DNA of 64,000 nt from Gammaproteobacteria bacterium. Its GTDB lineage: Bacteria; Pseudomonadota; Gammaproteobacteria; Eutrophobiales; Eutrophobiaceae. Location of the stretch: the NCBI GenBank assembly GCA_965221695.1, contig OZ244905.1:2336001-2400000 (forward strand), read 5' to 3'. Under the pieces are notes generated by a model that saw only the letters and a program-made list of their open reading frames with translations, searched no databases and was not told where the DNA came from. Made by a program: the position numbers and the translations under genes. Every line of letters begins with the position of its first letter. Within the stretch, counting starts at the first letter, position 1. Positions 8,291-18,097 of this stretch are shown here, piece after piece.

Positions 8291-8941
8291 TTATGGGTTG
8301 ATGAGTATGTCGTTGAAGGTGGCGGTGGCGCCGATAATGATGTCTGCTTCGATGGTACCGTTGGCGTCAGAGTTTCTGGCAATGATGCGCAAAGCATTGG
8401 CCAATGAATTTCCGTTCAGGTCCAGCGCGTTGCCGATGCCGGCGCTGAAGCTCAACGGGCCGGTCATCTCGTCACCGGCACGTTGCACGAACAGGTCTTC
8501 AGCCTGCTCTTGGGTCACGAATAAGTCCAGCAAGGCCAGGTCGGTGGGGTCGGCAAAACCCACCGTGACCTCACTGTCGTTGACCTGCGCCACCGCGCCG
8601 AGGCGCGCGGAAATACGACCGGCCTCTGCGTTACTGGTAGCGTTATAACGAATGGTAAACCCTCCTGTTGCGGGAAAATCGAACACGGGTTCGGCAAAGC
8701 CCGGTTCAGCTTCCCAGACAGGCAGGTAATCACCCAGCGTATCGATATCTCCCGCATAAGCGCCTGCCTGCGGGTTGTTCGGGTCCGAGATATAACGGTG
8801 CTGGGCAAGGGCGAGTTGTACGATGCTGTTCTGAACCCGGTCCGGAACCAAGGAGCGCGCCCGTTCCTCTATCCTGAAACTCAGTCCCAGAGACAGCAGG
8901 CTGAACACCAGCATGAAATAAATGGTCGGCAATATATTCAT
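8291..8941 (-). CDS. Pilin-like protein, resembling the constant region of PilV-type minor pilins
   Basis: N-terminal hydrophobic helix, then QLALAQHRY...LGDYLP (pilin-like). C-terminal FVQRAGDEMTGPL and ALDLNGNSLANA motifs. Confidence 0.55.
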   Translation of the reverse strand: MNILPTIYFMLVFSLLSLGLSFRIEERARSLVPDRVQNSIVQLALAQHRYISDPNNPQAGAYAGDIDTLGDYLPVWEAEPGFAEPVFDFPATGGFTIRYNATSNAEAGRISARLGAVAQVNDSEVTVGFADPTDLALLDLFVTQEQAEDLFVQRAGDEMTGPLSFSAGIGNALDLNGNSLANALRIIARNSDANGTIEADIIIGATATFNDILINP

Positions 8942-9390
8942 GGCGTATTGCAGGAAAAATCGTTCCCTGCATAGGCAAACAGGTTGTACCAGTGGTTCGC
9001 CGCGCGGTAATAGGTAATGTCGTAAGCAGGGATGAATGTATGAGAACTGTCCGCTTCAAACTCACCGAGTGTGCGGGCGCCCAGGAATGCCAGGTAGGCG
9101 GCTTCCCCCCCGGCATTGATACTGATGGTGGGGTGACCCGCGAGGCGCCATGTGAACCTGACGCCTTGATCGGCGAAGTCGTTGTCCAGGTGGCCGGATG
9201 ACTGCAAACCTTCTGTGGTTACCGTCTCGGGCAGAGCGTCGCAATTGGCGCCGATGAACTCGGTTCCCGCGACCTGGATTTCCTCCAGGGTTTGCATGAA
9301 TGCGCGGGTTTGCCGCTGCGGTTGTATCATTATCGTCATGCCCGATATGAAAGCAATCGCCAACGCAAACTGGTATAAGGTAATGGGCAT
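8938..9390 (-). CDS. Minor pilin-like protein
   Basis: MPITLYQFALAIAFISG hydrophobic N-terminus, LEEIQVAGTEF helix and LQSSGHL. Located directly after the major pilin candidate. Confidence 0.55.
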   Translation of the reverse strand: MPITLYQFALAIAFISGMTIMIQPQRQTRAFMQTLEEIQVAGTEFIGANCDALPETVTTEGLQSSGHLDNDFADQGVRFTWRLAGHPTISINAGGEAAYLAFLGARTLGEFEADSSHTFIPAYDITYYRAANHWYNLFAYAGNDFSCNTP

Positions 9391-9393
9391 TGC

Positions 9394-9837
9394 CTATTCA
9401 ATGACGACAGTCAGGGTTGCAGTCGCGCAGGCGTTGGTGGTGTTGTCAGCATCAACATTGGCCCATTTACCTGCTTGCGCCCGGTCCAGCAGCCAGTTGC
9501 AGCTCTCCGCATCGCCGGCGTCATAGGTGATGGAGGGGGTCGTCGCACCGGGACTGGCAGTAATGTTTGTTTCTATCACACTCTCGCCGGTACCGTCATC
9601 ATATAACTCGGAGTCCAGGTAACCGTTATCTACCAGATCCTCAAAATCGGCGCTGGCCAGGGTGGTTTCTCCGCGATTCACCCAACGGTATTCCGAGGCC
9701 GCGTTGATCACGTTGATGATCTCCGCTTCCATATTACGGTTTTCCGATTGCGTGACCAGCGGCGCCAACGCGGTGTACGCGCCGAGGCCCACGATACTGG
9801 TAATGATTAATCCGAATACTATCGCAACTTGGTTCAT
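9394..9837 (-). CDS. pilS: Type IVb major pilin-like protein (PilS position)
   Basis: Strong GAGGAGG RBS. Hydrophobic N-helix, EIINVINAASEY, LVDNGYL and a C-terminal Cys pair (ESC...NAC). Follows the pilR-like gene. Confidence 0.65.
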   Translation of the reverse strand: MNQVAIVFGLIITSIVGLGAYTALAPLVTQSENRNMEAEIINVINAASEYRWVNRGETTLASADFEDLVDNGYLDSELYDDGTGESVIETNITASPGATTPSITYDAGDAESCNWLLDRAQAGKWANVDADNTTNACATATLTVVIE

Positions 9838-9856
9838 GATAATTTCCTCCTCTTGG

Positions 9857-10888
9857 TTAGATTTCAATTCCCGTACCCATAGACACCAGGGCAAAAGGGA
9901 TGGTGATAGTTATGCTCAGGCTTAAAAACAGGACTGTGTAGAATGCCCGGTAAGCCGTGATGGCCCTGGAGAGCCTGATGTCCAGCATCCGTCCGGCCAT
10001 ATCGAAGCCCCTGGCGATCTCCTCCGGGGTCTGGTTCGGAGTGCATGACAGCACATGCGCATATGCATAGGGTGACAGCACATCCTTCAGCGTCTGCAGC
10101 AGCGAGGCCTCTTTCAGCCTGGACCTGCTTGCGCGTAGCGTCTGCCCGAACTGGCGATGTGCGGCGAACGTGGTTTCCATCAGGCACAGGAACTCATCGG
10201 GCGGCAAGCGGGTGGAAATCAGCGCGCGGCTGATTTTCAGGAAACGCAGTTCGGTCAGCATCGCGCGAAACCGGAAACAGCCGCAGGCCATGAGCGCCGC
10301 GCGCAGCGGTCCGGTAACGCGATAGGCGCACCAGTGGTAAAAGACAATAGCGCCGGCCGTCAGCCCGGCCAGTTGCGTCCACCAGGCGCTGATGAAAGTC
10401 ACGTAGTCGAAGAACAGCGTATATCCGCTGGTATAGTTTTTCAGGTAGGGCAACATATAGATGGACATTGCGCTGATGACCACGCACATGAATAGCCACT
10501 GGATGCTGCCGGAGAGGACCTGCAAAACCACCGGCCCGCGCAAATCCTGCTCCAGCAACAGGTCTGTGACGGTGTCCATGCAGTCATGCTGTTCGCCCAG
10601 TATCAGCAGGCTGCATTCCTGTTCGGTAAACAACCCGGTCTCAGCGTAATGGGTCGCGAAAGGCTGGTTGTTGCGGATGGCCCGCTTGCTGAGCCTGGCG
10701 ATTTCACGCACAGCAGGGTTGTTGCTGTGTTCCTGGATGTGGTTGAAAATGCCCAGCAATGGAAACTGGCTTCTCAGGTATTCGCGCAAGGTGGCATAAA
10801 AGAATCTCCTGCTGTCGTGATTGAACAACAGGGCGCGCAGGTATAGCGACTTGAGACGATGCAGCCGTTTATTAATGATTCCAGGCAT
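9857..10888 (-). CDS. pilR: Type IV pilus inner-membrane platform protein (PilR/PilC/GspF family)
   Basis: RRFFYATLREYL...LILGEQ cytoplasmic domain and three TM segments; directly follows the ATPase. Confidence 0.7.
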   Translation of the reverse strand: MPGIINKRLHRLKSLYLRALLFNHDSRRFFYATLREYLRSQFPLLGIFNHIQEHSNNPAVREIARLSKRAIRNNQPFATHYAETGLFTEQECSLLILGEQHDCMDTVTDLLLEQDLRGPVVLQVLSGSIQWLFMCVVISAMSIYMLPYLKNYTSGYTLFFDYVTFISAWWTQLAGLTAGAIVFYHWCAYRVTGPLRAALMACGCFRFRAMLTELRFLKISRALISTRLPPDEFLCLMETTFAAHRQFGQTLRASRSRLKEASLLQTLKDVLSPYAYAHVLSCTPNQTPEEIARGFDMAGRMLDIRLSRAITAYRAFYTVLFLSLSITITIPFALVSMGTGIEI

Positions 10889-12485
10889 CGTACAGGTTCG
10901 CTCTGTTGAAATTACCGATCTTGCGCTGCGTGAGCAGCGGGTCCAGTTCGCCCTCGAATATTTTCGTACAGGCATGCTGGTGGATATTCAATATGCCGTT
11001 GTCCCGCATCCAGTCCCGTAGCGCCTGGGGGTTGGAGGTATCCATCAGCAGGCGCCGGTTGGCTTCGGTGATCGGTATGCATTCGGCCACCAGCGTCAGT
11101 TTTTCTATTCCCGAATACCGGCAGTTGTTGCAACCGCGCGCATTATGGTAACGCACAGTCCGGTTTGCATAGGCGCCGAAGCCCGCTCGATAATATTCGT
11201 GCCAGAACAGGTCTGCATGCCGTTCCAGTTTGCAGCGGTGGCACAGCACGCCTATCAGGGACTGGACGATGATCAGGCTCAGGAACGACTCGGAGAACAG
11301 GATATCGGGGCTGATCCCCAGGTCGGTTTTGGAGACCATCCGGTTGATCGCGTCAACCCAGCCGGAACCGTGGATGGACGCAATGCCGGTAGTCCCCTGG
11401 AGCATCATTGAAGAAGCCATCACTGCGGTTTCACGGTCGCGTATTTCGTTGATGGCAATGAAATCCACATCGTGACGGGTGGAAATGCGCCTGAGTTTTT
11501 CCTTGTTTTCCCGGATGATCTCCTCGGTGCCTTCGATGGGCAACTGGATTTGTACGAAATTGTCCAGTTCAACCTCGATCTGGTCGGAGATCTCCAGGTT
11601 TTTCTCCAGCGCCGGCCGGGTCTTCATGATCGCGGTCTGGGTCGTGGATTTACCGGAATTGACTGCGCCGATGATCAACGTGATGCCCTTGTTGGCCGAA
11701 ATCTGTTTCAGGGTCTGCAACTGGGTTTCATGGTAGCCGAGAGTGGCGATATCGGGGATAAGCTTCATGTCTCGCAAGCGGATGGCCAGGCTGCGTTCAT
11801 CATTTACCTTGGAATACCCGTAAGATACCCGGCACAGCCATTTCTGCCCCTTGTAGTCGTAATTGAAACGCCCGTCCTTGGCCACGTCGCCATTGCTGAA
11901 CGGCTGGTTCACGTAGATGTTCCAAACGGCCGCAATGATCTTTATGCCCTGGCTCTTGTCAAAGGACTGGCTTACCGACAGCCGCCCGAAAACACGTTGG
12001 TACACGGTCGTCTTGTTGTTCTTGATCTCCAGGTGGATGTCCGTAGCATTGTTGTTGATGGCCTGGGACAGCAGTTCATTGACCTGGTTGGAGCTTTCCC
12101 GGGTCTGTTGCTGCAGGGAAATCTCCTTGTTCCTGTTGATGAAGGATTCAAATACCGAACGCGTGGTCTCGTGGATCACAGGTTCCTTGTGATGCACATC
12201 CCTGATCAGGTTGATCAATTGATTCAACGCAAGCGCTTCATGCTTGTTGAGATCGCTGCGGTCGATGCAGTAGAGTTCGGCATCCTCGGCGATGAATCCC
12301 GGGCAGGCGCCGTTCATCTTTCGGGTTTCCGAAAGGATATCGGCATTGGTAGTGAGCTGCACGTTTTCCAGTTCTTCGTAATTGGTAATCAGCGGTGTGT
12401 CCTGGACCATATTATCCGGCGCGTCCTGTTCGAAGCTTGGCAGCGTGGGCGCCGGGTTCCTTTTTTTTAGGGTCTTGAACATCAT
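10872..12485 (-). CDS. pilQ: Type IV pilus assembly ATPase (PilQ/PilB/GspE family)
   Basis: ATDIHLE, Walker A GAVNSGKST, Walker B FIAINEIRD, SIH His box and a tetracysteine motif LCHRC...GCNNC. Confidence 0.9.
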   Translation of the reverse strand: MMFKTLKKRNPAPTLPSFEQDAPDNMVQDTPLITNYEELENVQLTTNADILSETRKMNGACPGFIAEDAELYCIDRSDLNKHEALALNQLINLIRDVHHKEPVIHETTRSVFESFINRNKEISLQQQTRESSNQVNELLSQAINNNATDIHLEIKNNKTTVYQRVFGRLSVSQSFDKSQGIKIIAAVWNIYVNQPFSNGDVAKDGRFNYDYKGQKWLCRVSYGYSKVNDERSLAIRLRDMKLIPDIATLGYHETQLQTLKQISANKGITLIIGAVNSGKSTTQTAIMKTRPALEKNLEISDQIEVELDNFVQIQLPIEGTEEIIRENKEKLRRISTRHDVDFIAINEIRDRETAVMASSMMLQGTTGIASIHGSGWVDAINRMVSKTDLGISPDILFSESFLSLIIVQSLIGVLCHRCKLERHADLFWHEYYRAGFGAYANRTVRYHNARGCNNCRYSGIEKLTLVAECIPITEANRRLLMDTSNPQALRDWMRDNGILNIHQHACTKIFEGELDPLLTQRKIGNFNRANLYDAWNH

Positions 12486-13165
12486 TGCCAGGGTACGATG
12501 TGTACCTGTTTACTGCCTTGGTCTTCAAGATGCACCTCGTGCCGGTTCCCGTTGCCCCGGTGTTTGACATGCTCCACCTTGACGATCTTGAACCTGCGCC
12601 GGTTGTGTTCGATCACACTGCCGACGGCAAGTGAGCGCGGCCGCCCATTGCTGATCAGCACGACGCTTGACTTGATTCCGAGTTCCTGGTTTTCATCATT
12701 GACATGCCCAACCGTCAGCCCGTCAATTCCTTGCTTCGGGACAGGTTTTTTGCGTGGTTTTGCCGGTTTCTTCACCGGTTGCGCGGGTTTTTTTGCCGGC
12801 GCCGGAGAGGCTTTCGGGGCTGCTTTGCGCGTTTTCAGCAACGCAGCCAGGTCCGGCCTGATCCGGATTAACTCTGCATCGACGGATTGCAGCAGGCCGG
12901 CATCGATGCGGTCCCGTTGCTGGTTGATTGCCTCGAGGATATCCAGCACCTGTTTGTAGTAAACCAGGTCGATTACAAGTTGTTCTTCGCGGTTGCAATG
13001 GGGGCAGGGAATGTCCTTGGCGGATGGTGCCGGCTTGGTGGTTGTTGCCGGTTGTTCCGGCGCCGGGCGGGCAGCCGGGACAGCCTTGTCATCCGCGATG
13101 ATTGGTTGCGCATGGACCTGGCACATAGAGGTTGCGAGCAGCAACGTGATTACGGTAGGTTTCAT
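12482..13165 (-). CDS. Periplasmic pilus biogenesis protein (PilP position)
   Basis: Signal peptide, coiled-coil, Pro/Lys-rich linker and a C-terminal beta domain; sits between the pilO-like gene and pilQ. Confidence 0.5.
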   Translation of the reverse strand: MKPTVITLLLATSMCQVHAQPIIADDKAVPAARPAPEQPATTTKPAPSAKDIPCPHCNREEQLVIDLVYYKQVLDILEAINQQRDRIDAGLLQSVDAELIRIRPDLAALLKTRKAAPKASPAPAKKPAQPVKKPAKPRKKPVPKQGIDGLTVGHVNDENQELGIKSSVVLISNGRPRSLAVGSVIEHNRRRFKIVKVEHVKHRGNGNRHEVHLEDQGSKQVHIVPWQ

Positions 13166-13166
13166 A

Positions 13167-14339
13167 TCAGGTTCCGATGATTTCTATGGTGATGGTGAGG
13201 TTTCTCCAGCCTGAATGCCTGTCTGTGGCAATCCCGGCCTGCTGCAGGTAACCGTGCACAATCGTCTGTTGCAGTTGCCGGACCCACACGCGTAATGCAG
13301 TACGGTTCGGATAATCGAAGCTCAATTCGATGATGCCCTTTGCCGTGTCACGTTTGCGACTGCTCCCGATAATGCTGAAACGGGCATGGTTTGCTTCGGC
13401 GAACTGCCGGTAGCGCTCAAAGCTGGTTGACAGTGGAGCCAGGTCTGTGTCCTCCCCCGGTGGTGGTTTGAACAGTGATGAATGCAGTGTCCAGTTGTTC
13501 TTTTGCACTGAGAAAGCGCCTTCCAGCGCATCTGCGATCCGGTTCAGGCGATCCAGGGAGAAAGATTGATCATAACGGCCGGTTGCGCTGGTCAGATAGC
13601 CTTTCGAAGACTTATTGATGCTGATAGTGTCAAGTTCGTAGGCGAGCAGCGCCGAGAACTCGTTCAGGAGCGCGGCGACGGCTTCGAGGTCCGTAGCAAT
13701 GCGAATCACGCTTCTTGGTTCGGCGAGCACTGTGCGTTGCGTGGTTTCCTTTATCTCCCGAACATTGGTGTTCGATATGAGCAGGACCATCAGGCACACA
13801 CTGATGCAGGGTATCAGCGCCAGTAGCGAAAGTTCCGCGAGGTTGTAACCGCGTTTCAGCAGGAAAGGGTTGTTTTTGCCCGTGTCGAAATTGATATACA
13901 GGTCTTTCAGGGAAATATTGTGCTGCAAGAAGGCATCGCTGAGCTTGCCCAGTTCAGCCACCTGGCATTCCAGCGGGTTGTTTCTGATTAAGTCCAGACA
14001 ATCCTCGAATGCAAGCAGGTCTTCCTTTTCCACCAGAATATAATCCGTTTGTACGCGAATTGCAGCCACATAGACTATGTTGTCGAAGGGCAGAAGAATG
14101 TAGTGCCGCCCGGCCTGTATGTCAGTATGAATCCACTTTACGATCTGCGCAGCGATGGAGATGGCCCTGCCTTCGTCAAAGAAAATAAACCCCTCGGATT
14201 CCAGGTAATATTTTTTCTTCAGCGCGCTCAGGCGTTTGCTTACATACAACCAGGGGCGCCGTTCTTCCGGCAGGGTCTGGCTCTCCGCGTTAATGCACAG
14301 GTCGATGTCCCGCGCATTTAAGCTGATGGTCTCAATCAT
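13167..14339 (-). CDS. Bitopic pilus accessory protein (PilO position)
   Basis: Cytoplasmic N-domain, a single central TM (LSLLALIPCISVCLMVLLI) and a periplasmic C-domain; follows the secretin. Confidence 0.5.
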   Translation of the reverse strand: MIETISLNARDIDLCINAESQTLPEERRPWLYVSKRLSALKKKYYLESEGFIFFDEGRAISIAAQIVKWIHTDIQAGRHYILLPFDNIVYVAAIRVQTDYILVEKEDLLAFEDCLDLIRNNPLECQVAELGKLSDAFLQHNISLKDLYINFDTGKNNPFLLKRGYNLAELSLLALIPCISVCLMVLLISNTNVREIKETTQRTVLAEPRSVIRIATDLEAVAALLNEFSALLAYELDTISINKSSKGYLTSATGRYDQSFSLDRLNRIADALEGAFSVQKNNWTLHSSLFKPPPGEDTDLAPLSTSFERYRQFAEANHARFSIIGSSRKRDTAKGIIELSFDYPNRTALRVWVRQLQQTIVHGYLQQAGIATDRHSGWRNLTITIEIIGT

Positions 14340-15883
14340 GATCTGAAACTGCCCTGGATCAGGAACAGCGTCTGGGTCAGGCGTTTGCCACCGGACGCGG
14401 AATTCCCGGTCAGTTGGTTGAACGGCCAGATCGGCAACAAGCCGGATCGGTCGGTTTTAACCTCCACTTCTTCCCGGTGAGTGGAGGCCAGCAGCACGGT
14501 CTCGCCGTCCTCGATGGTGACGTCGAAGATATTGTCGTTACCGGAACTGGTCGGCAGCACACCGGAGGAGCCGGCAATATCATAGGTGTCCAGGGAATCG
14601 ATTTTTGCCTCGTTGATGACGATATGCAGCGCAATCAGGTCGTCAGTGAGGGTCGGGAGAATATTGATCGCCTGGCCGGTCTCGAGTTCGCCGACTTCCA
14701 CAGTTGGGGTGGACAGGCTGGTGCCGCCGGCGTCGGTCTGCTGGATGCTGGTGCGTTCGATATAACGATGCACGCGATAATTGCGAATGGTCACCAGGCG
14801 GTTGTTATAGACCAGGGCCTCCTTGGTATCGTCAATGGAAATATTGCCCACCTGCGCCAGCGCCTTGAGTATGATGCCTGATGAGTCCCACGAGCTGTCA
14901 GGATCGGTGATCTTCAGGCTTAGCGCTCCGCCGCCGGCGTTGAGCTCCGACGCCGTCAGATCCTGGGTAAGATTGCTGATGTTGGCATAGATGCTGGCAT
15001 TACGAACCACGGAGAGGTCCACATGTTGTTGTGCCAGGTCGGTCACATCCAGGCGCACAATGGTGATCTTGATATTCGCCTGCCGGGTTACGCTCTGCAA
15101 CCACTTCCGGTAGGCATCGTCGAACAGCACAATTCGCTGCGGTCGGGCGCTGATGGAGAGCAGGTTGCCGGTCGGACTGATGCTGTAGCATTCCTGGTCG
15201 TTATAGGTATGCGTGGTCAGCGCGCCCGCAGCGTCATCCTCGCCGCCTTTGACCTGGTCACAATATTGGATGCCAAGCACGGTATTGACCAGTTGGTGAA
15301 CATCATTTTGTGCGGACAATTGGCTGCTGACATTGTTTTCGAAGCCGCCGGGCTTGTTTCTGTCCATTCCCAGGTTGTTGCTGCTTACCTTGATGGTGTT
15401 GTTGCCGCCGCCATACAGCGGCACCTCATATTCTTTTGTAACCATGGGCGTGATCAGCAGGATGCCCTGATGAAACTCGTAGCCCACGTTGGCCTGCAGG
15501 CTGATGGCGTTCAGGTGATCTTCCACGGTGAGCGCATCCGGGGTTGAACTGACCGGCGGGTTGTATTTGTCGGGGAGCGCGTACGCAACCGGAAAACCCG
15601 GCGTCAGCCGTTCCAGTGTTTCGCGCAACCCCTGGTTTTTGTACGTGGCCCGGTAAGTACGGTAAAGCCAGGCTCTTTCACTGGGCACATCAACCCGATT
15701 CGCCTGCGTGTTGATCGCGCGTACGGTTCGCAGCTCTTCAAGAACCTGGCGATGCCGCGCTATGGCTTCGTTAAATTCCTGTTCACGCTGCCTGATATTT
15801 TCGCTGCAGGCCGGCAGAACCAGCGCGGCCAGTAAACATGCCAGCCGTCCGGCGGCCGGATTAACGTGTGCTGTTTTCATCAT
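14336..15883 (-). CDS. pilN: Lipoprotein secretin (PilN/BfpB-like)
   Basis: Lipobox LPAC, QANIKITIV, LKALAQVGNIS, ETGQAINILP and IEDGETVLLAS (secretin domain). Confidence 0.8.
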   Translation of the reverse strand: MMKTAHVNPAAGRLACLLAALVLPACSENIRQREQEFNEAIARHRQVLEELRTVRAINTQANRVDVPSERAWLYRTYRATYKNQGLRETLERLTPGFPVAYALPDKYNPPVSSTPDALTVEDHLNAISLQANVGYEFHQGILLITPMVTKEYEVPLYGGGNNTIKVSSNNLGMDRNKPGGFENNVSSQLSAQNDVHQLVNTVLGIQYCDQVKGGEDDAAGALTTHTYNDQECYSISPTGNLLSISARPQRIVLFDDAYRKWLQSVTRQANIKITIVRLDVTDLAQQHVDLSVVRNASIYANISNLTQDLTASELNAGGGALSLKITDPDSSWDSSGIILKALAQVGNISIDDTKEALVYNNRLVTIRNYRVHRYIERTSIQQTDAGGTSLSTPTVEVGELETGQAINILPTLTDDLIALHIVINEAKIDSLDTYDIAGSSGVLPTSSGNDNIFDVTIEDGETVLLASTHREEVEVKTDRSGLLPIWPFNQLTGNSASGGKRLTQTLFLIQGSFRS

Positions 15884-16766
15884 GGAATTCGATACTGTTG
15901 TCTTCGTTGATAAGTACCCCGATCCCGAAACGGGTCTGCAACAACTCGATCAGGTCCAGGTGACGTTCAGGCAAAGGGACATCAATGTCCTGTGACAGCC
16001 GGTAGTCCGCATACCGCCCGGGTTCGCCCAGTTTCCATAAAACCTCGTTAAACCCGCAATCCAGGAAGTACTTGCGGACCGCCTCCGACAACATCTGCCG
16101 ATTTCTGAATTGAATGGAACGGCAGTTGTTCCGGTCTTCAACGGGGCTTTCGATTTCCGCTTCTGCGTGTGCGGGGTCGGCATCGTGTGGCGCTGTTTCG
16201 GCGTCCGGCACAGCATCCTCGATCGGGTCAGGGTCGGGTTGGTCGACCTGTTCCCGTGATGCGGTAACCCCGCCGCCGGCAACAGCGCCCGGGTCCAGGT
16301 CAGAAAATACCATGCCCGGTTCACCGGGATTCTTCATACGGAACGCATACAGCTTCGTGGCCCGGTCCAGCATCACTAGCGCGTCATCTCCCAACAGCCG
16401 CTCCATGGCCCTGGACATCGGCACGGGGTCAGTGCCGAAATTATTCATAAATCCCCGCTTTGCGATGCGCTCGCCGGAAGTATCCCGGTATGCCGGGCGG
16501 TAGGCATGGGGTTCCAGCAGGTAACTAACCGCATTGTCCACGGTGATAATTCCATTCGGATAGACCATTCGTACCTGGACCTCGGTGAGTGGCAGGGTCG
16601 GCGGTTGCGGCCGGCTGTTGTCAGAAAACACCATCAAATTATCCTGTAATGCCTGGACCCAGGAGCATCCGCCGCACAGTGCAGGCAGCAGACAGGCGAG
16701 GAGTGCCAGTGGCCGGCAATGGGCCTGCCGCAGTGGTAGCTGATGTTTGCCTGCATACGCGCCCAT
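15861..16766 (-). CDS. pilL: PilL-like lipoprotein with a possible TcpQ-like C-terminal domain
   Basis: Lipobox-like GGC and TVDNAVSYLLEPHAY, reminiscent of ICE PilL proteins. Starts in a TGATG overlap with the virB10 stop. Confidence 0.55.
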   Translation of the reverse strand: MGAYAGKHQLPLRQAHCRPLALLACLLPALCGGCSWVQALQDNLMVFSDNSRPQPPTLPLTEVQVRMVYPNGIITVDNAVSYLLEPHAYRPAYRDTSGERIAKRGFMNNFGTDPVPMSRAMERLLGDDALVMLDRATKLYAFRMKNPGEPGMVFSDLDPGAVAGGGVTASREQVDQPDPDPIEDAVPDAETAPHDADPAHAEAEIESPVEDRNNCRSIQFRNRQMLSEAVRKYFLDCGFNEVLWKLGEPGRYADYRLSQDIDVPLPERHLDLIELLQTRFGIGVLINEDNSIEFHDENSTR

Positions 16767-18094
16767 CAGCGTTGACTCAGAAGACGCTGAAACACTGATC
16801 TCCAGGGACGGATATACATGTCCTCGGAGACGAACAGCCGCAGCTTACGGCCGTATTCAAGCGTTTGCGTCGGCGCCAGGCCGGCATACGGCGCGGCCAG
16901 GTCGGCGCCGGCCTCACGCAGCGCTTCGCCGACATCCGACTCAAACGTCGCGCCGGCCCCGCCGCTGCTGTAATCTGCGCGTGCAGTTTCGCTGGACAGC
17001 AGCGCAAAAGCCGCGGCGCCGCCGAACCGGGCCAGGAAATGAAAATTGGTTCTGCCTTTCAGCGCGCCGATTCCTTCGTGGTCAAGCGCCTGACTGATGA
17101 ACTTGATCTTTGTGCCGTCCGGCCGCACTATCCAGCGCAAGGACAAGGCCATCCGGTTGTTGATGATGCGGTTGGGGTGCGCCGAGCCGGTCTGCAACAC
17201 CTGTCCGGTGCACAGGGAACCGGCCGGAATCACAACATATCTTTGGGTAACATCCATCACGTTCTGTTCTATCCGGCAGCGGAACGGGCCTGCATAATCT
17301 GATATGATTTTCTGGTCCAGCTTTGCGTGCATCACCGAACCGATGGACAACAGCGCATAGTCTTCGCCGGGATGTCCGGACAGGTCCGACTCCGGGTACC
17401 CTGCCAGGTTGAGCAGGCGCGCAGTACTTCCTGCAACGTCATCCCCGGCTGCCGGGCCCCGTCGCGAGTCCAACAAGGGAGGCTGATCCCCGACAGCGTC
17501 CGTTCCGGGGCTGAAGCCGGCCGCGGCAAGCGCCGGTAGCGGTCCTGTTTCAACCCCCTGGCGCAGCTCCGCCAGGATTGCCCGTTCGTCTTGCAGGAAC
17601 CCACCATATGCATCAGCGGCGCCCTGTGGCGCGGTTTCGGGCGCGCCGGAAAAAAGCTCGAAGTTGAAATCCGCCTGTCTTGACTGGCGCACGCGCACGG
17701 TTTCATTCTCATCCCAGGATTCGAGCGCTGATTTGGCGCCACCGAGTAATTCCTGCAAGACCTGTTCGTTGTTCTGCAGCAATTGGTCGGCCCTTTCATC
17801 GATATAGTGCTTTTGTTCTGACAGGTCTTCCTCCCGTTGTTTCTGCAAGCGCTTCTCCTGGTTTTTGATCTGTTCACGAAACTCCTGTTCCGGACTGGAC
17901 AGGGCTTGCTTTCCGAGCTCCCGTTTTACCTGCTCTTCAATCTGTCTGTCTGCCGGGCCTGAGCGGAACAGCGAGGCATACACCATGACGATGACGACAA
18001 ACACCAGTGCGCCGATCAGCATGAGCTGGAAATTCCGGTTATAGGTTGCCGGCTGTTCCTCAACCTGGTTGGTTTCGTTCATCTTTGACGTCAT
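16766..18094 (-). CDS. virB10: T4SS VirB10/TrbI-family protein
   Basis: N-terminal TM and coiled coil, then a C-terminal TrbI domain (GSVMHAKLDQKIISDYAG, VIPAGS, DHEGIGALKG, HFLARFGGA, PTQTLEYG). Confidence 0.9.
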   Translation of the reverse strand: MTSKMNETNQVEEQPATYNRNFQLMLIGALVFVVIVMVYASLFRSGPADRQIEEQVKRELGKQALSSPEQEFREQIKNQEKRLQKQREEDLSEQKHYIDERADQLLQNNEQVLQELLGGAKSALESWDENETVRVRQSRQADFNFELFSGAPETAPQGAADAYGGFLQDERAILAELRQGVETGPLPALAAAGFSPGTDAVGDQPPLLDSRRGPAAGDDVAGSTARLLNLAGYPESDLSGHPGEDYALLSIGSVMHAKLDQKIISDYAGPFRCRIEQNVMDVTQRYVVIPAGSLCTGQVLQTGSAHPNRIINNRMALSLRWIVRPDGTKIKFISQALDHEGIGALKGRTNFHFLARFGGAAAFALLSSETARADYSSGGAGATFESDVGEALREAGADLAAPYAGLAPTQTLEYGRKLRLFVSEDMYIRPWRSVFQRLLSQR

Positions 18095-18097
18095 GAT

